Origin: a bacterium
Lineage (GTDB): Bacteria > Patescibacteriota > Dojkabacteria > B142 > OLB20
Direction of reading: 5' to 3'
Length of the DNA: 64,000 bases
Assembly (NCBI GenBank): GCA_021463645.1
Contig: JAJTYI010000009.1
Span: 93,343 to 157,342, forward strand
Part shown: in pieces, positions 10,171 through 19,207 of the stretch
Numbering within the stretch: the first letter of the stretch is position 1
Layout of the letters: each line of letters starts with the position of its first letter
Translations under genes and position numbers: made by a program
Notes under the pieces: generated by a model
Database searches by the model: none
What the model was told of the DNA's origin: nothing
The model's input: the letters and a program-made list of their open reading frames with translations, nothing else

Positions 10171-11817
10171 AGTTCCTATAGAAGGAACAGGTGTAGATGT
10201 CTGTGTTACTGGTACACCCGTAATAGTTGGGGTAGGTGAAAAAATTGGTGTGACCGTAGCAGTAGGGGATGGTCCTGCTGTTGGAGTGTTAATAATTTCG
10301 GTTGGTGTATTTGTAAAAGTAGGGGTGGGAGTTGCGCTTGGGCTTCCATTTGGTGTTGGAGTTGGACTAGACACAACACCTGGAGTAGGTGTGAAAGTCG
10401 GAGGAAATGTACCAGTCCTAATTATTAAAGCAGGTCCAGGCCACATAACTTCTGCAGCATGATCCTCGGTATCAGCCTTTATCCATACTTTCCCATCAGT
10501 TGCCCCATTTCCTGCCATAAGCGCTGTTTTTGGTACATTATAGTAACTCTGGTGAAAACCGTGATTAACTGCATTGAATTTAGTTGTATAATTGTTATAA
10601 CCCCAATCATATTCTTTTCCGTTCCACGTTCTCCAAAACATTGCAGAATCTGTTATTGAAGTAATATCAAAACCAGCAGGTATTCGCACCCTCACTACGT
10701 CAACAATATTGTTCTTACGAGAGCCAAATCTGGGTGGAACATTTTGAGCATGAAATATCTTTACAGAAGCACCAATCCTATTCAAGGACAAATTGGTTTT
10801 AGGTTGAGTGATATATGTAAGTCCATTAGAACTTTTTATCCTTGCAAATACTTTTATTACACCAGATGCCTGGTCAGGTACATACCTAGTATCCCAATTT
10901 AATGCAAAATCTCCAGGTCCATTTGATGTACCAATGTGATTTGAAATCTCGAAACTTTTTCCTGTTTGAATTTGTTTTGGAGAAAAATAACCTTCATGCC
11001 AATCACTTGTATAACCATCGCCATCCTCATCAACACCTTCATAGTAACCAATATAATCAACCTTTGTTGGACTTATAGAAGTCCCAGATTCAAAACTAAC
11101 CTTTACTTCTGGGTTTTCTCCAAAGCTAGATGGTATGACGACTGAACCCTTTGCTACTTCTCTAGTATTATCTTTGTAATAAATTCTAACTAATACGGAT
11201 GTCCAGCCCCATTGTCCCCAACCTGATGGTGAAGTATGTCCAGTAGTTCCTTCTATAGTGTTTGAGCCTGTGGTAAGGTCTGATTTGTTGATCACTATGC
11301 GTGGATTATCATGATGATAGTAATCATGTGTTTCAGTACTTGGGAGAGTAGGGACATCAGGGATGTTATACCAAGAATTTCCATTTATCCTGAACTTTTC
11401 ATCTTTCGTACCCTTATGTCCACCCCATCTATCGATTATTACCTCAATTTTCTCCACGTCATCATTTAAATCTTCTTGACTTATAGTAAAGGGTTCTTGA
11501 TCGTATATTAAAGAACTAAAAGGGAGGATAGGGTTAGGTAGAAATGCCTTTGCTTCTTCTCTTCCTGCATTTGGATTAGTGACTCTCCAAGGTTTATTTG
11601 CATCAGGCCATTTTAGTTTAATCTCTTTGTACACTGCTCCGAAAGGAGGGTCTTGAGAGGCTGGTGCAACAACCGCAGCAGAAACATCTTCTGGTTCTGA
11701 TGACTCAGGTACTCGCATATAAGTAAAAAGCAGTAAGGAGGAAAGTGATAACAAAAGCACGCCTCCATAAAGCATGGATTTTGCCACTAAGAGTTCATTT
11801 ATATTTTTCATATTCAT
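9931..11817 (-). CDS. Anchored/secreted protein of unknown function with PT linker and dockerin-like C-terminal module
   Basis: N-terminal hydrophobic anchor, ~420-aa unassigned ectodomain, long PT linker, and C-terminal VACGKADVNDDG...GGRDVNKDGKL...RESCSL. Confidence 0.7.
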   Translation of the reverse strand: MNMKNINELLVAKSMLYGGVLLLSLSSLLLFTYMRVPESSEPEDVSAAVVAPASQDPPFGAVYKEIKLKWPDANKPWRVTNPNAGREEAKAFLPNPILPFSSLIYDQEPFTISQEDLNDDVEKIEVIIDRWGGHKGTKDEKFRINGNSWYNIPDVPTLPSTETHDYYHHDNPRIVINKSDLTTGSNTIEGTTGHTSPSGWGQWGWTSVLVRIYYKDNTREVAKGSVVIPSSFGENPEVKVSFESGTSISPTKVDYIGYYEGVDEDGDGYTSDWHEGYFSPKQIQTGKSFEISNHIGTSNGPGDFALNWDTRYVPDQASGVIKVFARIKSSNGLTYITQPKTNLSLNRIGASVKIFHAQNVPPRFGSRKNNIVDVVRVRIPAGFDITSITDSAMFWRTWNGKEYDWGYNNYTTKFNAVNHGFHQSYYNVPKTALMAGNGATDGKVWIKADTEDHAAEVMWPGPALIIRTGTFPPTFTPTPGVVSSPTPTPNGSPSATPTPTFTNTPTEIINTPTAGPSPTATVTPIFSPTPTITGVPVTQTSTPVPSIGTGVACGKADVNDDGVFTIADFAEFAQIYGRGTLFCDDMLVDYGVCGGRDVNKDGKLNIVDFGALNIGFAQRYYPRESCSL

Positions 11818-11891
11818 TTAATTTGAATATTACAATATAGCAATTCAAAAGGAATGAGGCAAAAATACAGAGGGATTAAACAGCTAAATAT

Positions 11892-12767
11892 TTACAGGCT
11901 ATTTATATACTCTTTCAAACTACTCAGAAATTTTTGGTCTTTTGATGCGAGAAGGAGATTTGCTTTTAGCCACCCCTCCACGAAACCACCATCAAGATAT
12001 TCTCCAGTGGTACTATAAACCGTTACAAGGGATTTTTTAGCGAGATTAGTTAAAGTGTCAGTAATCAATAATTCTTTATGTATGGGATTCAATTCTTGAT
12101 TTTCCAAATCATCAAATATTTTCGGTGTAAATATATATTTACTAATATTACATAGATCAGATGGCTCTTCTCCTGGCTCTGGTTTTTCAATTATATTTGT
12201 CAGGTAGTTGTAGTTATTCTCATTTCTTATCTCAGCAACACCATACTTAACCAATAGCTCTTTTGGCCTTTTTACAAATGATGCCAAAGCACTTCCTTTT
12301 GATTGAACAAAGTAATCAATCATTTTCTTTGTTTCAGAGGAGCCATCTCTATTGTAAATAAAGTCATCTCCCATCAGCATTACAAAAGCATCATCTTCAT
12401 CAACATAGGGTCTTGCAAGTTTTAATGGAGTAGCAGTTCCATAAGGATCTTTGGCGGTTTGATTAACAAAAGTGAATTTTGCTTTTGTGTGAAGAATGGA
12501 CAGCTTATCGTACTTTTCCATCTTACCCATTCTTTCGAGGTATTCTTTCACTTCCATTGATTCACTATAGTAGTGTCTTAGCTGTCTGTCTGAATCTTTT
12601 ACGATAAAAATGATTTCCTCAATTCCCGCTTCAATACAGTCATCCACAACATAATCGATCAATGGCTTATTTAATATAGGAATCATTTCCTTCTGAATTG
12701 TTTTTGTTAAGGGAAAGAATCTAGTTCCATAACCTGCCGCTGTTATTACTGCTTTTTTTATTATCAT
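11892..12767 (-). CDS. galU: GalU-family sugar-1-phosphate uridylyltransferase (UTP--glucose-1-phosphate uridylyltransferase-like)
   Basis: KAVITAAGYGTRFFPLTKTIQKEMIPILNKPLIDYVVDDCIEAGIEEIIFIV closely follows the GalU N-terminal consensus (AGxGTRxLPxTKxxPKEMLP). Confidence 0.8.
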   Translation of the reverse strand: MIIKKAVITAAGYGTRFFPLTKTIQKEMIPILNKPLIDYVVDDCIEAGIEEIIFIVKDSDRQLRHYYSESMEVKEYLERMGKMEKYDKLSILHTKAKFTFVNQTAKDPYGTATPLKLARPYVDEDDAFVMLMGDDFIYNRDGSSETKKMIDYFVQSKGSALASFVKRPKELLVKYGVAEIRNENNYNYLTNIIEKPEPGEEPSDLCNISKYIFTPKIFDDLENQELNPIHKELLITDTLTNLAKKSLVTVYSTTGEYLDGGFVEGWLKANLLLASKDQKFLSSLKEYINSL

Positions 12768-12770
12768 AAT

Positions 12771-13472
12771 TTAACCAAATAACTTACTTTTATTATGTAA
12801 TTCTCCTTCAAATTTATTATCTGTTGTAATAATTTCTGTTTTTACTTTTACAAATTTATGAGCAGGAATATATCCACTAATAGTAATTCCTGTACTAATA
12901 AAGGTTTTCATTCCTACCACAGTCCCAGGACTTAACATAACATCACCACCTACTCGTGCTTCTTCTCCAATGATTGCACCAAGTTTGTCCATTCCAGTTT
13001 CAACTTCACCTTTTTCGAAATTCCAGGTGATTGGTTGTTGATCAAATCGTCTATTAGCAGTTTCGGAATGCCCTCCAATTCTGGCCTTAACTCCCATTAT
13101 ACTATCCGCGACTAAATTATGATTTGCGGTTTTTGAACCTGCCATCATTAAACTGTTTTTTACTTCAGAAGCATGTCCAATTACACAATTGTCAGAAATT
13201 ACTGACCCTGGGCGAATATGAACCCCTGGACCAATTTCCACATTATCACCAATATACACTGGTCCTTCAATAAAAGTGAAAGGCCCTATTTGACAGTTAC
13301 TTCCAATATGGACTTTTCCGGTTATTACAATATTTTCAAGTTTTTGTTTATTGTCTGATAAATTTTCGTTCAAGATGTTCTTTAAATCTCGGTTAAGCAT
13401 ATACCAATCAGTCTTATCAAAATAGATTTTAAGGAATTCAACGGTTTCTATTTTATTAAAAATTTGATCCAT
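12771..13472 (-). CDS. Left-handed beta-helix (hexapeptide-repeat) acyltransferase, GlmU C-terminal-domain-like
   Basis: Consecutive hexapeptide turns (IGSNCQIGPFTFIEGPVYIGDNVEIGPGVHIRPGSVISDNCVIG). Lies between glmM and the uridylyltransferase gene. Confidence 0.7.
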   Translation of the reverse strand: MDQIFNKIETVEFLKIYFDKTDWYMLNRDLKNILNENLSDNKQKLENIVITGKVHIGSNCQIGPFTFIEGPVYIGDNVEIGPGVHIRPGSVISDNCVIGHASEVKNSLMMAGSKTANHNLVADSIMGVKARIGGHSETANRRFDQQPITWNFEKGEVETGMDKLGAIIGEEARVGGDVMLSPGTVVGMKTFISTGITISGYIPAHKFVKVKTEIITTDNKFEGELHNKSKLFG

Positions 13473-13474
13473 AA

Positions 13475-14839
13475 TTATTGAGATAATAGTTTTTTAGATA
13501 AAGATGATAAATCTGAACCTGCCTGATCAATTAACTCTTTATTTTCAGCTTCAATCATAATTCTTAGCAGATTTTCTGTTCCAGAAAATCTAGAGTAAAT
13601 TCTCCCTCTTCCGGCAAAACTACTTTCCCATTTTTTGACTGCATCTTGGAACTCATCTAATTCTTCTAATGGTACTTTTTTAGCTATTTCTACATTGAAA
13701 ACTCTTTGAGGATACTTCTCGAAGACATATGCTAGCTCAGATAAAGATTTCTTTTTCTCAATCAAAATTCTCATTACAAGCAATGATGCAAGAGTACCAT
13801 CACCAACCTCACTATAATCTGTGAAAAGAAAATGTCCGGTCTGTTCTCCTCCGAAATTCAGTCCTAATTCCTCACATTTCCATGCAACTGCTCTGTCACC
13901 GTTTGGTACTTTGACGATTTCGATGCCATTTTCAACCAAATGGTTTATTAAAGCTTGGTTACTATATTCAGTAACAACAATAGTATTTTTAGCTAATTCC
14001 CCAGTTTCTTTTAGATATTTTGCCACCATTGCCATTATGTAGTCGCCATCAATTACGTTTCCTTTCTCATCAACCATAATGACCCTATCCCCATCACCAT
14101 CTAGTGCAATTCCTAAGTCTGCTTTCTCATTTAATACAATGTCTTTCAAATTTTCTGGATGTAACGCACCACAATCTTTATTAATATTGTAACCATCAGG
14201 ATCTATTCCAACTTCAATTACTTTTGCTCCTAGTTCTCTGAATACAGTAGGTGAGACTTTGTAGGTAGCACCATTTGCACAATCTACCACTACCTTAAAA
14301 CCTTTTAGTGACATATTTCCTGGGATTGATTTTATAAATTCAATATATCTTCCAGAGACATCCTCAATCCTTTTCGCACGGCCAATTTCATCAGAACCAT
14401 CAAAAGGAAAGTTAAAAAACAAATCTTCTATTTCTAGCTCTTCTTCATCGGTAAATTTCCTTCCATTTGAATGGAATACTTTGATTCCATTATCATGATA
14501 TGGGTTGTGCGAAGCTGTAATCATCACGCCCATGTCTAATGCAAAACTCTGGACAAGATGAGAAATAGCAGGTGTAGGGGCAGGGCCAATTGTCATAACA
14601 TCAACCCCTCGACTAAGAAATCCAGCAGTAAGTGCCTGCTCTATCATGTATCCTGATCTTCTAGTATCTTTCCCAATTATTACCTTATATGCTCTATTTG
14701 GGTTCTTCTCTGTAGTTTTCTTTGTGTATTCAGCCAATGCTTTTCCGAAATTCAAAACAGTTTCTACATCGAGAGGGTAATAATTCGCTTTCCCTCTAAC
14801 ACCATCCGTTTCTCGAAATATTTTTTTCTCTTTTGGCAT
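13475..14839 (-). CDS. glmM: Phosphoglucosamine mutase
   Basis: Active-site loop ITASHNPYHDNGIKVF, metal-binding LDGDGDRV and GEQTGH motifs of the alpha-D-phosphohexomutase family. Operon context with glmS. Confidence 0.88.
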   Translation of the reverse strand: MPKEKKIFRETDGVRGKANYYPLDVETVLNFGKALAEYTKKTTEKNPNRAYKVIIGKDTRRSGYMIEQALTAGFLSRGVDVMTIGPAPTPAISHLVQSFALDMGVMITASHNPYHDNGIKVFHSNGRKFTDEEELEIEDLFFNFPFDGSDEIGRAKRIEDVSGRYIEFIKSIPGNMSLKGFKVVVDCANGATYKVSPTVFRELGAKVIEVGIDPDGYNINKDCGALHPENLKDIVLNEKADLGIALDGDGDRVIMVDEKGNVIDGDYIMAMVAKYLKETGELAKNTIVVTEYSNQALINHLVENGIEIVKVPNGDRAVAWKCEELGLNFGGEQTGHFLFTDYSEVGDGTLASLLVMRILIEKKKSLSELAYVFEKYPQRVFNVEIAKKVPLEELDEFQDAVKKWESSFAGRGRIYSRFSGTENLLRIMIEAENKELIDQAGSDLSSLSKKLLSQ

Positions 14840-14877
14840 TAATCAAACAATAATAAATAATGGATTTAATGATAATA

Positions 14878-16662
14878 CTACTTTACCGTAACACTCTTGG
14901 CAAGATTTCTAGGTTTATCGGGATCATTTCCCAATTCCAATGCCATGAAATATGATATTAACTGAAAAGGTATGACATTTGTCAATGCATCAATTCCTTC
15001 AGATTGAACTGTTGGAATGAAATCATCGAATAAATCGTTGTTTGATTGTCCTACACCAATCACCCAAGCACCTCTCGCTTTTACTTGTGCAGAGGCAGAT
15101 AACATATTTTCTAAATCTTCATCATCCGAACTGATAACAAAAACAGGTGTTCCCTTGTCTACCAAAGCTATTACCCCATGCTTTAATTCTCCGCCAGCAA
15201 ATCCTTCGAAATGTTTATACGTAATTTCCTTAACTTTCAAGGCTGCTTCAAGTGCAATATTAAAATTTTGTCCTCTACCAAGTACGAAGAAATGTTCTTT
15301 TTCAATCAATTTCTTTGAAAGTTTCTTAATCTGTGTAAATAACTCATCAGTGAAATATCCCTCTAAATTATTTGCAGAGTTATGGATTTTCTTTTGCATT
15401 TCGGAATGCTGACTTATGATACTTCCCGCTAGTAGTAATCCCCATGCTTGTTTCGCTGTGAAAGCTTTTGTTGAAGCAACACAAATTTCAGGTCCGGATC
15501 GGCAATAGTATGACAAATCAGACATTCGGCTGGTAGTTGATCCGACCATATTCACTAGACTTGCGATTTTAGAACCTTTCGATTTTGCTAACTCTAATGC
15601 TTCAATTGTATCTGCTGTTTCTCCACTTTGGCTGAACGCTATAACTAAATCGTCTTTAGTGAAAAGATTCTTGTAACTATCCATTTCATAGGCTTTTAGT
15701 TCAATTGCCCTAATACCAGCAATTTTCCTCAAGAAGAATGCTGTTTGACTAGCTGCAAAATATGCAGTACCAGCACCTACTGTATATACAGTTTTTGACT
15801 TTTTAATCTGATTCACCAATGGAAGAAGTTCTTCCGCTGAATATACACTTGCCTCTTTGATTGTATGTTTCTGTTCAACAATTTCTTTTATCATATAATG
15901 GTCAAAACCTTCTTTTGAGATCTCTGTTTGCTTTTCATCAAGAGTTCGTATCTTAAAGTCAATTTCTTCAGAAGTTTCAACATTAAACAACTTAATTTTA
16001 CCTTCTTTGTATTCAATCATCTCCCTATCATTGATGAATATTGCCTTGTTGGTTTTGTCCAAGAAGGATAGGGTATCGGAGGCAAAGAAGAATTCATCAT
16101 CTCCTACACCGACAACCAACGGTGATCCATTTCTGACTGCGACGATTCGTTGATCAACCGTGGAAAGTGCAATGATTGTATTTCTTCCTTTTAATTCAAG
16201 AAAACTTTGTCGAACAGCCTCTTTAAATTTCTTGGTAGTTTTAAGCTTTTCTTCAATTAAATGCACAATTATTTCAGTATCAGTCTCGGTTTCAAATTTA
16301 TAGCCAAGCTTTTTCAGATCTTCTTTTAATTCTTGATAATTTTCTACAATTCCATTCTGCGCTAACACAAAGCTTTTATCGCTTGCATAATGAGGGTGAG
16401 CATTAACATAATTCACACCACCATGTGTCGCCCATCTAGTATGGCCTACACCAATATTTGATTCTGGTAAATCTTTTATTTCCTCTAAATCTCCAATAGC
16501 ACCAACCTTTTTTAAAACATCAATTTTACTACTATTAAGTTTATCTTTCGTCACCACAGCAACTCCCCAGGAATCATAACCTCTATACTCCAACCTTTTT
16601 AGTCCTGAAACTATCATATTACCGGCATTTCTTTTGCCTACATATCCAAAAATACCACACAT
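14878..16662 (-). CDS. glmS: Glutamine--fructose-6-phosphate aminotransferase (isomerizing)
   Basis: N-terminal nucleophile MCGIFGY, two SIS domains, C-terminal ...NLAKSVTVK. Confidence 0.95.
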   Translation of the reverse strand: MCGIFGYVGKRNAGNMIVSGLKRLEYRGYDSWGVAVVTKDKLNSSKIDVLKKVGAIGDLEEIKDLPESNIGVGHTRWATHGGVNYVNAHPHYASDKSFVLAQNGIVENYQELKEDLKKLGYKFETETDTEIIVHLIEEKLKTTKKFKEAVRQSFLELKGRNTIIALSTVDQRIVAVRNGSPLVVGVGDDEFFFASDTLSFLDKTNKAIFINDREMIEYKEGKIKLFNVETSEEIDFKIRTLDEKQTEISKEGFDHYMIKEIVEQKHTIKEASVYSAEELLPLVNQIKKSKTVYTVGAGTAYFAASQTAFFLRKIAGIRAIELKAYEMDSYKNLFTKDDLVIAFSQSGETADTIEALELAKSKGSKIASLVNMVGSTTSRMSDLSYYCRSGPEICVASTKAFTAKQAWGLLLAGSIISQHSEMQKKIHNSANNLEGYFTDELFTQIKKLSKKLIEKEHFFVLGRGQNFNIALEAALKVKEITYKHFEGFAGGELKHGVIALVDKGTPVFVISSDDEDLENMLSASAQVKARGAWVIGVGQSNNDLFDDFIPTVQSEGIDALTNVIPFQLISYFMALELGNDPDKPRNLAKSVTVK

Positions 16663-16699
16663 ATTTGTATTACTAAAAAATTATAAAATGTCGGAGATA

Positions 16700-16860
16700 A
16701 TAGACTTGTAAGCTTTTTTCGATAAACCGATTATCTTGTTACTTACTCAAGGTTGTCTTACGACCTGACAGCACCCGCTGATTTTATCCAAAATGGAAAT
16801 ATTCGATAACTGTCTCCTCGTATCACTCTCTCACATAGTGAGGGAGTGACCATACGCTAT
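16700..16860 (-). ncRNA. glmS ribozyme: glmS ribozyme/riboswitch in the glmS 5' leader
   Basis: The minus strand reads ATA^GCG, then a P1 hairpin (TCACTCCCTCAC/GTGAGAGAGTGA), then the core ACGAGGAGACAGTTATCGAATATTT...ATCAGCGGGTGCTGTCAGGTCGTAAGAC...CCTTGAGTAAGTAACAAG. This matches the conserved A^GCG cleavage site and the GACGAGG, GUUxAUCGAA, GGCGGAUGC and CGUAAG blocks. The GACAG/CTGTC pairing is present. Boundaries are approximate. Confidence 0.75.
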
Positions 16861-17023
16861 AAAAAATTATCAATAAAATCTTAAATACGATTATCTCACA
16901 GTGTTGAAACGTGATTCATTATATTAAATCACAAGTTATATCTTAATATAAAATATTTTGTATATGAAAATTTGCCTAATTCACCGATAGATTGTTATAA
17001 TCATACAGTTTTTCAACAATATT

Positions 17024-17296
17024 ATGGCAAATAGAGACGCACTTACAGGAAAAGGCTCAATGTTCGGAGGACACCGAAAGCACAGACGTGGTTCTTCTGG
17101 AGGAGGAGGAGCATGGTCTTTCCGTGCGCAAACAACCCTTAGACAATGGAAACCAAATCTACGAAAAGTTAGATTAGAGAATGTTATTACAGGTAAAATC
17201 GAAAACTTAAAAATTTCTATGAAAACCTACAAAAAGTTAAGACAGGGATCAGTCGTAGAAAACTACAAACTTTTCGAGAAAACTTCAGTCAAATAA
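17024..17296 (+). CDS. rpmB: 50S ribosomal protein L28 (with Gly-rich insertion)
   Basis: ALTGKG...GHRKH...WKPNLRKVRL...KISMKTYKKLR follows the bL28 pattern (TGK..xxGNxxSH...xxPNL...). Small basic protein. Confidence 0.65.
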   Translation: MANRDALTGKGSMFGGHRKHRRGSSGGGGAWSFRAQTTLRQWKPNLRKVRLENVITGKIENLKISMKTYKKLRQGSVVENYKLFEKTSVK

Positions 17297-17298
17297 TC

Positions 17299-18645
17299 TC
17301 AGTGAAGATATTTTGAAACATATTCCTGAATCGGGAATTTTTTCTCAATGCCATTTCTACTCATATACCGGACTACTCCAAAAACACTTCTTGGAAACCA
17401 AGGTCTATCATGCAAGCCACCGAGTGACCAAGCAATACCGACATAACCGTTCGGATCTCTACCATCAAGTTCATATTTATCGTTTAATTTGATTGCGACT
17501 TCTTGTGCTTCCTCGGGTGATTGTGTCCACTCAAGAATTTTTTTTGCCCAGTACATTCGAATATATCCATGCATTTTCCCGGTCGTAACCATTTCTATTT
17601 GTCCTGCGTTCCATACTTCATCATGAGTTTCAGCATTTTCGAATTGATCTAGTGAATAAAGAAATTCTCGTTTATCAAGTCTGTGTTCGTTTAATGTTTT
17701 TTGTGCCCAATTGGGAAATCCAGCAAAATTGTCGTAATTATCATTATAGTTACAATAATTATCAGCGAGTTCTTTTCTAATAATTAATTCTTCGAGAAAA
17801 ACTTCTGCATCTTCTTGTAAGGGTGAAGAATTTACTTCCAAGGCAATACGTTGCGAAGAAATCTGTCCAAAGTGTAAATATGGAGATAGATTTGATAGTG
17901 CATCCTTGGTCGGATCATTCTTCATATCGGAATAATATTTCAATTTATTTTCAATAAAATCCTCCATGTTAACCAGAGCATTTCTTTCACCTGACTTCAA
18001 CCAATTTACTTTTCCGACATTTCTATTTATTGATAAATCGTCTAAAAGTGATTCAGTAGAAAACCCATTTGAAAACTCAATAGAGTAGGGGTGCTTTGAA
18101 ATTTCTGGAAATTCTGTCAAGTAGTCCGCTAGTTTATTATTAATTTTCGGTCTAATAGTCCTCGCAGAATATTCTTGTTTGTCAGAAGTCACCCAAGCTG
18201 GAACGATATTATGTGAGTCAACTTGCCAAAGAGGAATTTTTATCTCTTTTAGAAGTTTCTCATGCCACTCTTTTGAAATCCTTAACGGAGAGAAGTCTGA
18301 TATGATGCTTCCAGCATTTATTTTAGTTACTAGCGATGGAATAACATCCTCAGGCTTTCCTTTCTTCAATATAAATGGAATATTAAATCTTTTTAATTCA
18401 ACAGAAACTTGCTCCAAACCGCTTAACATGAAATCGAATTGTCGAAGAGTTGCTCCTAGAAAATCGTCTTGTAAGCAAAACAATACGACCAATGGCTGCT
18501 TATGTTTTATTGCACTTGCTTGGGCTACTAATAAGCTCCAATTATCATGAACTCTTTGCTCTCTGGACATCCAATAAATAACTGGTCCATTGATGTAATC
18601 AACATCGTTAAGTTTTCGAATTCGTCTAGGATTAATCTCTTGCAT
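17299..18645 (-). CDS. phr: Deoxyribodipyrimidine photolyase, class II CPD type
   Basis: RIRKLNDVDYINGPVIYWMSREQRVHDNWSLLVAQ N-terminus, and the C-terminal FAD-binding region with MHGYIRMYWAKKILEW and DGRDPNGYVGIAWSLGGLHDRPW. Confidence 0.9.
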   Translation of the reverse strand: MQEINPRRIRKLNDVDYINGPVIYWMSREQRVHDNWSLLVAQASAIKHKQPLVVLFCLQDDFLGATLRQFDFMLSGLEQVSVELKRFNIPFILKKGKPEDVIPSLVTKINAGSIISDFSPLRISKEWHEKLLKEIKIPLWQVDSHNIVPAWVTSDKQEYSARTIRPKINNKLADYLTEFPEISKHPYSIEFSNGFSTESLLDDLSINRNVGKVNWLKSGERNALVNMEDFIENKLKYYSDMKNDPTKDALSNLSPYLHFGQISSQRIALEVNSSPLQEDAEVFLEELIIRKELADNYCNYNDNYDNFAGFPNWAQKTLNEHRLDKREFLYSLDQFENAETHDEVWNAGQIEMVTTGKMHGYIRMYWAKKILEWTQSPEEAQEVAIKLNDKYELDGRDPNGYVGIAWSLGGLHDRPWFPRSVFGVVRYMSRNGIEKKFPIQEYVSKYLH

Positions 18646-19207
18646 TAAGTTTATTTAATTTTGTTACCTCAATATAAGTAAAAAATTTCATTAATGCACC
18701 GAGAACCAAACCACTTTCAATTTTTCTGGAATTGATCATTTCTTTAATTTCTTCAAAAGGAACTTTTTTTATTTCTTTGATTGCTTCGTCTCCTTCACCA
18801 TTTGGTTCGAATGTACCTATTTTAAGATTAGTAGCAATATAAACATGATTATATGTAGTCTCAATCGCCGGGGCGAAGTAAAATTTACCCAAGTCAATCC
18901 ACTGTTCCGCTATAATTTTTCCTTCATTAAATAATTCTTCTTTTGCAACCTTTAATGAATCTTCTCCTTCATGGAGACCTCCTGTGAATAAATTCCATAT
19001 CCATTTATCTATTGGATATTTAAATTCTCTAATGAAATAAATTGAATTGTCTTCATAAGCAAGGACCACTATTCCTGGGATAGCTTCTAGATATGCATAT
19101 TCGCCCTTAACTCCATTTGGATGGATGACTTCATTCTTGATTAACTTCATCCACTTATTCTTAAAAACTTCTTCAGTACTTAATGTTTTCCAAGGGGATT
19201 TACTCAT
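18632..19207 (-). CDS. Nudix hydrolase (ADP-ribose pyrophosphatase-like)
   Basis: Nudix-box-like GGLHEGEDSLKVAKEELFNEGKI; size and layout of the NudF family. Confidence 0.65.
   Translation of the reverse strand: MSKSPWKTLSTEEVFKNKWMKLIKNEVIHPNGVKGEYAYLEAIPGIVVLAYEDNSIYFIREFKYPIDKWIWNLFTGGLHEGEDSLKVAKEELFNEGKIIAEQWIDLGKFYFAPAIETTYNHVYIATNLKIGTFEPNGEGDEAIKEIKKVPFEEIKEMINSRKIESGLVLGALMKFFTYIEVTKLNKLNARD

Noticed and set aside
17299-17301. An alternative genetic code (UGA recoding, as in some CPR lineages).
   Set aside because: TGA terminates the photolyase and nth ORFs at lengths consistent with their homologs. All long ORFs are intact under the standard code, with no in-frame TGA needed.
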